35,721 nucleotides of DNA from Patescibacteria group bacterium (lineage in GTDB: Bacteria; Patescibacteriota; Gracilibacteria; UM-FILTER-43-11), in the NCBI GenBank assembly GCA_029260955.1, contig JAJDCF010000099.1, forward strand, positions 1-35,721. Direction: 5' to 3'. The notes under the pieces were generated by a model. The model saw only the letters and a program-made list of their open reading frames with translations, made no database searches and was not told the origin of the DNA. Positions 15,254-23,411 of this stretch are shown piece by piece. Positions within the stretch are counted from its first letter, which is position 1, and each line of letters opens with the position of its first letter. A program made the translations under genes and the position numbers.

Positions 15254-16202
15254 CTTTTGACTGTTTGGGCTTAGAATTCACGTCTTCATCAGGGGTCACA
15301 ACATCGAATATGCCAAACAGAGTAGTCTTATCAAATTCATAAGGAATTAATTTGGACAATGCAGCATGCTTTGCATCAATAAAAATCACGGAGTTATCCG
15401 CCGATTTAAAACTTTTTTCAATATTCTTCTGATTTTCATCCGTAAAACCAATGAAATAAAGAGATTTCATCTCACTTTCAAATTGATCTGCAAATGCTCT
15501 TTGAGCCTTGTCGAATTCAGCAAGGCAAACATCACAATTCATAAGGCCATTATCATCAAATTGACCCAAAAGATAACTGTCATATAGCAAGCCATTACGA
15601 AAAAGTGAAAGATATATTTTCTCCTTATGACTAGAGAAAAGTGCGGCATCTTCCAACACTGAAACCTCATTTAAAGCCAAATGACTAATCGGTTCAGGAA
15701 TGAATTCAATTGAGTCAATGCCTAACTCTTTGCACACTTTAATGAGTCGCTGCTGCCATTTCTTCGGAAAAGCATAAGCTGCATAGCTGATTTTGTGCTC
15801 CTTCTCAGTCATAGCAAAGTCCAAAATCAAATCGTCGATTGAAATGGGACAATGCCCCCCAACTGTCGCCAAGATTGACTCTTTAAGTGAAGACTCTGAA
15901 GCCTTATGAGAAAAATCTTCAACAAAAGTATAAAGCAGATGATATGGAATGTTCATATACAGCTTTTTTGTTCGAATAGCCTTAGGTTGAGCCTGAGCAA
16001 AAAGCTCAGTCAAAACACTCTTAAAATCATCCATGCTTATTATTTCCCCTTTGTTCATTGTGCCTTGGATAAGAGAAAGCTCGTTGAATGCCACCATGGT
16101 GAGATCCCCGTTTTTCAAATCAAACTGCAATACCTGTAAAGCATCATCGTGCAAAACAAGAATGGTTTTTGCCGTTTGTTTTAAAAAAGAAAATAAACCC
16201 AA
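15246..16202 (-). CDS. PilM-like (actin-fold) pilus assembly protein, divergent
   Basis: The ORF track extends to 16331, but that part overlaps the end of the upstream gene in another frame. TTG 16202 gives MGLFSFLKQTAKTILVLHDDALQVLQFDLKNG..., which follows the PilM N-terminal pattern. The PilM-like layout runs through ...IEFIPEPISHLAL. The DxGS nucleotide-binding motif is not conserved (LHDD). Confidence 0.55.
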   Translation of the reverse strand: MGLFSFLKQTAKTILVLHDDALQVLQFDLKNGDLTMVAFNELSLIQGTMNKGEIISMDDFKSVLTELFAQAQPKAIRTKKLYMNIPYHLLYTFVEDFSHKASESSLKESILATVGGHCPISIDDLILDFAMTEKEHKISYAAYAFPKKWQQRLIKVCKELGIDSIEFIPEPISHLALNEVSVLEDAALFSSHKEKIYLSLFRNGLLYDSYLLGQFDDNGLMNCDVCLAEFDKAQRAFADQFESEMKSLYFIGFTDENQKNIEKSFKSADNSVIFIDAKHAALSKLIPYEFDKTTLFGIFDVVTPDEDVNSKPKQSKDE

Positions 16203-16212
16203 AAGAAATTTT

Positions 16213-16557
16213 TTAATAACTAAAATCAAGTATAGCAAATGAAGGAAGAACCTGAATTTGCACGGTAAAATTATGAACATAATCACCATCCACACCAGCC
16301 AACTCAACTGTGCGCTCATTACCTGAGCCATTCACGATCACATTGCAACTCAGCTCATCAACAGTATAAACATCACCAGTATAATCATTATCACGACTCA
16401 ATTGAATCAATGCCTCCTCAAGGCAACCCTCTGCCTTAATAAAGGTAATTTCAGACTGAGTTCTATGAAAAGTATTATTCCTACTGGATATTCCTAGCAA
16501 GGTCATAGATACAATAATCAAAGTTATTACTGATCCAAAGACAATAATAGTAGTCAA
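16213..16557 (-). CDS. PilX/ComGG-like minor pilus component (N-terminal hydrophobic helix, no canonical G|F cleavage motif)
   Basis: TTG start. The upstream in-frame residues QAKRKGAIAL precede TTIIVFGSVITLIIVSMTLLG, and the position after three pseudopilins fits. The true start is possibly non-canonical and further upstream. Confidence 0.4.
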   Translation of the reverse strand: MTTIIVFGSVITLIIVSMTLLGISSRNNTFHRTQSEITFIKAEGCLEEALIQLSRDNDYTGDVYTVDELSCNVIVNGSGNERTVELAGVDGDYVHNFTVQIQVLPSFAILDFSY

Positions 16558-16612
16558 TGCAATCGCGCCCTTTCTTTTTGCTTGGAAATTAAAAATAAGA
16601 AGTCATTAAATA

Positions 16613-17161
16613 TTAAGATTCTTTTCGAACAGAAATACTGGTTCTTGTTGAAAGAGTATTGTCAAAATTAAGGTCATTATCTGGATTGATACTGGAAATA
16701 TCCAATTCAATTTGAACCATCTCAGGATTACCACCCTGAGTTATATCTGTCACTACAAAATTGGTCACATTAACATGATCTGAAGTTATATCGACAGCTG
16801 GATTGCCCCCTTGAGTCAGGCGCAATTTGCGAATACTAACAGAACGACCACCAGTATTTACATTCTTCGTGTAGGTGTCGAAGGTCATAACTGTACTATC
16901 ATTTACGACAAGCTTGCCAGGGTGCGAACCATAAACTGAATCAGTGTGCAGAGATTCCCCTTCTCGCATAACAGAGGTAGCAAGTTGCAAAACCTGCGAG
17001 GAATTCTCAGTAACCTCATTTGCAATCTGCAAGCGACTTCCTGAAAGCTGAATCCTCCAAAAAAGACTCAAAGTGATCGTAAAAAGAATCGAGAAAATAG
17101 CTATGTATATGATCATTTCGACCAATGTAAAACCACTGTTTTTAGGAAATTTAGATTTCAA
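16613..17161 (-). CDS. prepilin-type minor pilin/pseudopilin
   Basis: TTG start. MKSKFPKNSG|FTLVEMIIYIAIFSILF. Confidence 0.75.
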   Translation of the reverse strand: MKSKFPKNSGFTLVEMIIYIAIFSILFTITLSLFWRIQLSGSRLQIANEVTENSSQVLQLATSVMREGESLHTDSVYGSHPGKLVVNDSTVMTFDTYTKNVNTGGRSVSIRKLRLTQGGNPAVDITSDHVNVTNFVVTDITQGGNPEMVQIELDISSINPDNDLNFDNTLSTRTSISVRKES

Positions 17162-17172
17162 ATTGTTTATTA

Positions 17173-17685
17173 TTATTCAGGTGGTGGCTCAGGTGGTGGG
17201 GTTGGCCATACAGCCGGATTAACATAGTTTGTTACGTAATTATCCATTTGCAATGTCCTAGCCTGAGAATCAGAAGGTGTCCAAGAAAGATCAATGGTAA
17301 CCTGTTTTATATCTGGATCAACATCAGCGCTACTAGTAACAATATTCCCTGAATTATCTCGCAAAACATCTGCTACTGTTACCACCCTGGTAAAACCATT
17401 GTAAGTATCTGAACTTCCGACAAACTCCCAATAACCATTGGTATCACTAAAGCCATGGGTGCCATTCGTAAGGCTAGACCAATTGTTGTTTCGAATTGAT
17501 TTAACTGCCTCCCAACTCTCGACCAACAAAGCGTTAGCACTTACTGCTTTGGCATTTTCTAGGCTAGTCAAATAACCCCCAATTGCTGTTCCAGATAAGC
17601 CAGCAGCAAAAATCATAAACAAAGCAATGGCCACTATTAGCTCTAGAAGCGTAAAACCCTCTGTTTTATTTTGCTTAAGATTCAT
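17173..17685 (-). CDS. prepilin-type minor pilin/pseudopilin with Pro-rich C-terminal tail
   Basis: MNLKQNKTEG|FTLLELIVAIALFMIF. C-terminal ...WPTPPPEPPPE. Confidence 0.75.
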   Translation of the reverse strand: MNLKQNKTEGFTLLELIVAIALFMIFAAGLSGTAIGGYLTSLENAKAVSANALLVESWEAVKSIRNNNWSSLTNGTHGFSDTNGYWEFVGSSDTYNGFTRVVTVADVLRDNSGNIVTSSADVDPDIKQVTIDLSWTPSDSQARTLQMDNYVTNYVNPAVWPTPPPEPPPE

Positions 17686-17690
17686 AAGAA

Positions 17691-18170
17691 TTAAGAACTA
17701 TAATCAACCAAGCCCAACGCGTTAATAGTAATGGTGTATGTTAAATCTTCTGCCGTCATAACCAAATTACCGATAGAAGAAGGTGTGCCATCAGATTTAC
17801 TGAAAACAATCTCTCTTGGACCTCCAAAATTTAGCTGACTAAAGGTGAGTGAATTCGGAAATTCAAAAACAAGATCAAAGGCTGTGTCTCTTCCACCATA
17901 ACTACTACCCTGAAAGAATGTATACCCATGTAATACAGATAAATCATCAAAATATAAACCCCATGAGGCATCATTCTTTTGAATAACTGAATTCGATCTG
18001 GCCTCACGAAGATTTTGAACAATCTGATAACCGTTGTACTTAAGATTATTTCGTCCAATCAAATTACCGAAGGCTACGGCTGCCATGGCAAAAGTTAAGC
18101 TCAGGACTACAATAACCAGAATGAGCTCAATCAGTGTAAAACCCTCTGTTTTGCCTATTCTTTTTTTCAT
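17691..18170 (-). CDS. prepilin-type minor pilin/pseudopilin (GspH/FimT-like by position and size)
   Basis: MKKRIGKTEG|FTLIELILVIVVLSL. The ATG directly abuts the pilC stop. Confidence 0.75.
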   Translation of the reverse strand: MKKRIGKTEGFTLIELILVIVVLSLTFAMAAVAFGNLIGRNNLKYNGYQIVQNLREARSNSVIQKNDASWGLYFDDLSVLHGYTFFQGSSYGGRDTAFDLVFEFPNSLTFSQLNFGGPREIVFSKSDGTPSSIGNLVMTAEDLTYTITINALGLVDYSS

Positions 18171-19256
18171 CTATCTGATGCTTCCGGATATTGAATAAAT
18201 TGGCCCCAGAATAGAAATGGCTACAAAGCCAACAATCAAACCCACAAAAATAAGTAGAAGTGGTTCCAAGGCAGTCATTAAATTCTTGGTTTGATTATCA
18301 ACCTCGCGCTCATATGAATCAGAAATATTGTTAAATGACTCTTCAAAAGATGCTGTTCTCTCACCAAGTGCCAACATTCGCAAAAATAGACTGTCAAAGA
18401 GCCCCGGGTAATCTTGCAGGGAATCTGAAAGGGTCTCCCCCTTAGAAATAAGAGGTATAATTGAGCGCATAGCTCTGCGGTAATATATGTTAGTCATAAC
18501 ACCTTCCGCATATTCCAAGCTTTGGTCGATGGTCACTCCACTTTTCAAAAGTGAGTACATGACCCTTGCAAAGTGAGCCATAATTATTTTTTTATACAGT
18601 TTTCCAAAAATAGGAATATGGAGCAAAACCCAATGGGTCAAAGGGCGAGAAAACTTTCTTCTTACAAACCAAGTAAAGGAAGCAATAAACAAAACCATTC
18701 CCCAAAAGATTTCTTTGCCATACTCCTTAAATGACTGCGCAAACCAAAGAAGAATCTTGGTAGACATGGGTAATTCTGTCTTTAAACTCTGAAAAAGTGG
18801 CAACAGATTCGGCAACACAAAGAATGAAACCGACAGCCCTAAGCCAATTATTGCGATAAAAACAAATGTTGGATAAGTGAGTGCAGCCCGTAATTTTTGG
18901 CTAAACTCGGCTTCCCTTTTCAGGGAATCATGAAGCTCTAACAGACTTTCTTCCAGCGATGCTGAAAGCTCACCGGTTTTGATAATATTCAAAAAGAAAA
19001 TCGAAAAGTACTTTGGATATTTTGAAAAAGCTTCAAAAAGGTAAGCACCATTATTTACCATTCCAACGACATCGGTTAGAACTTGTTTCATTCGACCACT
19101 AGACTGAGACAAAGCTAGCTGCAGCGTATCTGTAATGCTGTATCCAGCCTTAATACCCGCATGAAGCTGTTCCACCAGCAAAAGACGCTCCTTGAAACTT
19201 ATACCTCCAATAATAATTTCTTTACTGCCTAGTTTTCCAGTTTGTTTATTAAGCAC
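18171..19256 (-). CDS. pilC: type IV pilus/T2SS platform protein (GspF/PilC family)
   Basis: GTG start. Polytopic, with the duplicated GspF-type architecture (...LSASLEESLLEL...TYPTFVFIAIIGLGL... and ...LGERTASFEESF...LEPLLLIFVGLIVGFVAISILGPIY). Confidence 0.9.
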   Translation of the reverse strand: MLNKQTGKLGSKEIIIGGISFKERLLLVEQLHAGIKAGYSITDTLQLALSQSSGRMKQVLTDVVGMVNNGAYLFEAFSKYPKYFSIFFLNIIKTGELSASLEESLLELHDSLKREAEFSQKLRAALTYPTFVFIAIIGLGLSVSFFVLPNLLPLFQSLKTELPMSTKILLWFAQSFKEYGKEIFWGMVLFIASFTWFVRRKFSRPLTHWVLLHIPIFGKLYKKIIMAHFARVMYSLLKSGVTIDQSLEYAEGVMTNIYYRRAMRSIIPLISKGETLSDSLQDYPGLFDSLFLRMLALGERTASFEESFNNISDSYEREVDNQTKNLMTALEPLLLIFVGLIVGFVAISILGPIYSISGSIR

Positions 19257-19264
19257 GAAAAATT

Positions 19265-21253
19265 TTATTGATTTATCACTCGGAAAAATTCGTTGAGCGT
19301 TGTTTTTCCTTCAAAAACTTTGTTTAAGCCATCTTCTAAGATCGTTACCATTCCATTAGCTACAGCCGCTTTCTCAATCGCTTCCTGCGAAGCCTCAGCT
19401 ACAATTAAATCCCTAAGGGCCTTATTGATTTCCATGACTTCCGCAACTACTGTTCTTCCTTTATAGCCAGAGCCTCCACACTCTTTACACCCCTTCCCTT
19501 TGAAGAGTCTTAAAGTAGATCCACCCTCCGAAAAGAAACGCTTCCTAAATATATCGAGTTTCTCTTTTGTATTGATAAACGTACTTTCAATTTCCTTGAG
19601 CTCTTTCTCGGTGAGCTGATAGGTCACCCTACATGCATTACATATCATTCTGGTAAGTCGCTGCGCAACAATCAAATTTAACGTAGAAACAATTGAATAG
19701 GGGTCCAAACCCATCTGAATTAAACGCAAAGGAGCCAAAGCTGCGCTACTAGTATGTAAGGTAGAAAAAATCAAATGACCAGTAAGGGCGGCATGAGCAG
19801 AAATTTTAGCTGTATCTAAATCACGAATTTCACCAATCATAATAATGTCAGGATCCTGACGCAAAAGTGACCTCAGGCCATCGGCAAAATTAAGATTAGT
19901 TTTTGGATTAACCTGAACCTGATTGAGCCCAAAAAGACCGTATTCAATAGGATCTTCAATGGTTGAAATATTTACATGCTCTTTATTTAAACTCGTTAAC
20001 AAAGAGTATAGAGTAGTCGTTTTACCGCTACCTGTTGGCCCTGTAACCAAATTCATTCCCTGAGTTTTTTGGATGTTCTTTTGAATGACTTCGATATCTT
20101 TTGCGCTGTATCCTAATTCTTCCAGTGTCATTTCTTGAGACTCTGAACTCAGAAGGCGCAGAACCATTTTTTCGCCGTAATACGAGGGTAGAATAGATAC
20201 ACGAAAGTTAATTACACTATTGTCATACGTGACCTTAAAACGCCCATCTTGTGATGAGCTATGCTCGTCTGTGCGCAACTTAGAAAGCACCTTAACATGA
20301 TTGACCATGGTTTCAAGAAAGTTCATCGGAAGTTTAGCGACATTCCCCAAAACCCCATCGATACGCAATCTAATTCGAATCTCGTCTTCAAATGGTTCAA
20401 TATGAATATCTGACGCTTTTCTGTAATAAGCCATCAAGACTATCGTATCGAAAATGGTCGAAATATTATTCAAGGTATCCAACTTGCCTATATCTACAGT
20501 CGCTCGCTCAATCAGGTGCTGAAAGCCACTTAGGCTATCTTGACGATATATACGTTGTGCTTCCCTAATTTCTCCGGGGGTACTGTACATCGCAATCGCT
20601 TTCTTGCCGGTCTTCTTTTCGAACAAATGCAAAAAATGTAGATCAATGGGGTTGATCATGGCTAAATAAATCCCATTTTCATCCTCTTGATAGGCAAGTA
20701 CACCTTCGTTTTTCGAAACCTCCTCTGGAATTAAAAGGGTAATATCCGAGGAAGCTCTGGTATTTTTGAGGTTAACATAAGAAGTTTCAAAGAAATCCGC
20801 TACAACTCTTCCCACCTCAAAAAACTTCATAATATCCAAATGCACAATGGCATCAATGATGTTCTCGCCCTGCTTCTGATTAAGATCAAGTATTTGCTTA
20901 TTCTGATCGGCAGTAAGAAGGCCTAATCCCTCAAGATGAGTTAGAATCTTCTTATTAAGATCTGAATCATAATGAGAACTTTCGTCACCAAATCGCCTGA
21001 CAGTCCACGTAGGATCTTCGCTCTCTTCTGATTCAATCTCACTTCCTTCTTCCACTTTCTTCTCTATGCCTTTGTCATCTTCACTAACTTCTTGTTTATC
21101 AAGCTTCTTCACATCAGTGCTATCCGCTTTCGCATCATCCTCTAGACCCTTGTCCTCAAGAGGCTTAGCCTTAAACAAAGAAGCTTCCTTTTTGACCCTC
21201 TGTTTTTTAGAAGTTGCCCCTTTCTTCTGCGTCTTCTTTGAAGGCTTAGGCAT
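19265..21253 (-). CDS. pilB: type IV pilus/T2SS assembly ATPase (GspE/PilB family) with charged N-terminal extension
   Basis: Walker A GPTGSGKTT, Walker B DPDIIMIGEIRD, His box GHLIFSTLHT, and a tetracysteine motif CNAC...CKECGGSGYKGR. The first ~95 aa are K-rich, then D/E-rich low complexity. Confidence 0.93.
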   Translation of the reverse strand: MPKPSKKTQKKGATSKKQRVKKEASLFKAKPLEDKGLEDDAKADSTDVKKLDKQEVSEDDKGIEKKVEEGSEIESEESEDPTWTVRRFGDESSHYDSDLNKKILTHLEGLGLLTADQNKQILDLNQKQGENIIDAIVHLDIMKFFEVGRVVADFFETSYVNLKNTRASSDITLLIPEEVSKNEGVLAYQEDENGIYLAMINPIDLHFLHLFEKKTGKKAIAMYSTPGEIREAQRIYRQDSLSGFQHLIERATVDIGKLDTLNNISTIFDTIVLMAYYRKASDIHIEPFEDEIRIRLRIDGVLGNVAKLPMNFLETMVNHVKVLSKLRTDEHSSSQDGRFKVTYDNSVINFRVSILPSYYGEKMVLRLLSSESQEMTLEELGYSAKDIEVIQKNIQKTQGMNLVTGPTGSGKTTTLYSLLTSLNKEHVNISTIEDPIEYGLFGLNQVQVNPKTNLNFADGLRSLLRQDPDIIMIGEIRDLDTAKISAHAALTGHLIFSTLHTSSAALAPLRLIQMGLDPYSIVSTLNLIVAQRLTRMICNACRVTYQLTEKELKEIESTFINTKEKLDIFRKRFFSEGGSTLRLFKGKGCKECGGSGYKGRTVVAEVMEINKALRDLIVAEASQEAIEKAAVANGMVTILEDGLNKVFEGKTTLNEFFRVINQ

Positions 21254-21273
21254 AATTGGGATTTCTTTATAAT

Positions 21274-21293
21274 TAAATCCCTATATTATAGCA
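21274..21293 (-). promoter_or_regulatory. pilus operon promoter, extended -10 module TGCTATAATATAGGGATTTA
   Basis: The reverse complement of 21274-21293 equals 711-730 exactly. TATAAT is at 21285-21290 (minus strand). The downstream GGGATTT-(10 nt)-AAATCCC hairpin (21258-21281) ends 4 nt before the pilB ATG. Confidence 0.6.
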
Positions 21294-21355
21294 TAAACAA
21301 GCACAAAAATAAAGGTTTTATAGCTTAGAAAAGGCAATTCTACCTATTTGACTAT

Positions 21356-22417
21356 TTAGTCCTCAGCTCCATCTACCTGTACCAAGATTTCACGAGCTCT
21401 TTCTTTGATGTGTTTTGCAATAGGCTGGGTCGCATTATTGGCTTCCCAAGCCTCAGTTGCCTTATCAATTGCATCGTTTGCTACCTTAGCTGCAGCTTCA
21501 TTGTCTCCTTTAATACCAAGAACAAAGGAATCAACTAACCAATCATAAGCCCTGGCAATCTTGGCAGCGCCTAGAACAACATTGTTATCAGGCATATTTT
21601 TGTAAGCCTGCTGAGTCAAATCAACGGCAAGATCGGAAGAGTTCTTAGCATAAGCCACTATATTTGCCGCTATATATACTTCAATTTGAGCCATTTCTGC
21701 TTCAGCCCTGCTTAACAAAAATTGCGTATCCTTGCCATTCAAAATAATGGAAAGTAAATACATCATATCCATCACCTCACCGCGAGTCAGGGGTTTGGCG
21801 GCATCTACATTCCCGTCAGCATCACGAGCAGCTATGCCAAGCACTACTGCGTAATTTACATAGTTCGCGTACCAAGCATCTAAAGGAATATTTGGTGCCA
21901 CTTCTTTACCCTCGAATGCGGACACATCTATGTTATTTGCAACAAGCAGCATTTTAAGGAACTCCGCCGTATTAACCTGACGTCCTGGAGTAAAAGTACC
22001 ATCGTCATCATTTCCCTCTACAAAGCCAAGCGCTCGTGCCTTCATCACGAACGGAGCAAACCAATCCCCTTCTGCGACATCCGGAAAATGCTCACCAAAA
22101 ACCTCATCAGACTCAATATCGGACCCCTTAAGAATGATCTTAAGAACTTCCGCTCTGTTAATTGCACTTTCAGGCTTAAAAGTCCCATCAGCATAGCCTC
22201 CTATAACACCTTTTTGGCTCAAATAGGTAATAGCTGTGTAATTAGGATGTGTTCGATTAACATCACTAAAGCCTGTACTGATTATTTGGCTACCAGATGA
22301 AGTTGAAGCTACTGTTTCAGCTGAAGCCAAAGGTGCACCAACGCCAAAGAAGATAAGCACCGCAAGTAGAGAGCTAATCTTTTTTAAATAAGCTATTTTT
22401 CGCTTCTTAGTAATCAT
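21356..22417 (-). CDS. secreted SLH-domain cell-wall-anchored protein with helical C-terminal domain
   Basis: ATG 22417 gives MITKKRKIAYLKKISSLLAVLIFFGVGAPLASA|ETV; the ORF track uses GTG 22453. SLH motifs are FSDVNRTHPNYTAITYLSQKGVIGGYADGTFKPESAINRAE and FPDVAEGDWFAPFVMKARALGFVEGNDDDGTFTPGRQVNTAEF. Confidence 0.8.
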   Translation of the reverse strand: MITKKRKIAYLKKISSLLAVLIFFGVGAPLASAETVASTSSGSQIISTGFSDVNRTHPNYTAITYLSQKGVIGGYADGTFKPESAINRAEVLKIILKGSDIESDEVFGEHFPDVAEGDWFAPFVMKARALGFVEGNDDDGTFTPGRQVNTAEFLKMLLVANNIDVSAFEGKEVAPNIPLDAWYANYVNYAVVLGIAARDADGNVDAAKPLTRGEVMDMMYLLSIILNGKDTQFLLSRAEAEMAQIEVYIAANIVAYAKNSSDLAVDLTQQAYKNMPDNNVVLGAAKIARAYDWLVDSFVLGIKGDNEAAAKVANDAIDKATEAWEANNATQPIAKHIKERAREILVQVDGAED

Positions 22418-22475
22418 TTTTATTTTTTTTATTTTGTGGAAAAAGCATAGCACTTTTACCTAGTTATCGCAAGTT

Positions 22476-22940
22476 CTATCGTCTGTTGTAGCGAGCCAAG
22501 TGAGCAAATGCCTTATTGGCAGCTGCCATTCTGTGAACATCCTCACGCTTCTTGAAGGCAGCACCAGAATCCTTGCTAGCTTCCAAAAGCTCAGCAGATA
22601 GTTTTTCAGCCATGGTTTTACCCTTTTTAGAACGACAAGCACCGATGATCCATCGAATAGAAAGAGCAAGCTGACGTTTTGGCTTAACCTCCACAGGAAT
22701 TTGGTAAATACTACCACCCACACGCTTGGCACGAACTTCCATGTTAGGCATAACATTAAGAACCGCCTTCTCAAAGATCTCTTCTGGGGTTTTGATTCCC
22801 TGATCACGCATGATCTTCATGGCATTACTGAAAATAGTTCTAGAAATTGATTTTTTACCACCATGCATCATGCAGTTGATAAACTTTTCTTGGATCGCAG
22901 TGGATCCCTCTGGAATGTATATAACTTTAGCTTTACTCAT
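22476..22940 (-). CDS. rpsG: 30S ribosomal protein S7
   Basis: Full-length S7 pattern (...KFINCMMHGGKKS...VEVRAKRVGGSIYQIPVEV...). Located immediately downstream of rpsL. Confidence 0.97.
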   Translation of the reverse strand: MSKAKVIYIPEGSTAIQEKFINCMMHGGKKSISRTIFSNAMKIMRDQGIKTPEEIFEKAVLNVMPNMEVRAKRVGGSIYQIPVEVKPKRQLALSIRWIIGACRSKKGKTMAEKLSAELLEASKDSGAAFKKREDVHRMAAANKAFAHLARYNRR

Positions 22941-22957
22941 TATTTAGAATTTGGAAA

Positions 22958-23377
22958 TTATGACTTCGGTTTCTTAGCTCCATAACGACTACGCCCCTGC
23001 CTGCGGTCCTGAACACCCTGACAATCAAGGACACCACGTACAATATGATAAGGCACACCAGGCAGATCCTTAACTCTTCCACCATAGATAGTAACCACTG
23101 AGTGCTCCTGAAGATTGTGACCCTCACCCATGATGTAAGCATTTACCTCTTTACCATTGGTTAGGCGTACACGAGCAATTTTACGCAAAGCCGAATTAGG
23201 CTTTTTGGGGGTAATAGTGGTTACCTTAACGCAAACACCACGCTTTTGAGGAGCACCTTTTTTCAAGGTTACAGCCTTACCCTTAAGAGAATTAAAGGTA
23301 TACTGCAACGCTGGAGCCTTGCTCTTCTTTTTTTGGTTACGCCTTGATTTGCGAACTAACTGATTGATTGTTGGCAT
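22958..23377 (-). CDS. rpsL: 30S ribosomal protein S12
   Basis: [10 protein letters not shown]...[51 protein letters not shown]. Confidence 0.97.
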   Translation of the reverse strand: MPTINQLVRKSRRNQKKKSKAPALQYTFNSLKGKAVTLKKGAPQKRGVCVKVTTITPKKPNSALRKIARVRLTNGKEVNAYIMGEGHNLQEHSVVTIYGGRVKDLPGVPYHIVRGVLDCQGVQDRRQGRSRYGAKKPKS

Positions 23378-23411
23378 AGAAATTGAAGTCTTAAAAAACT
23401 ATTAAATGGCT

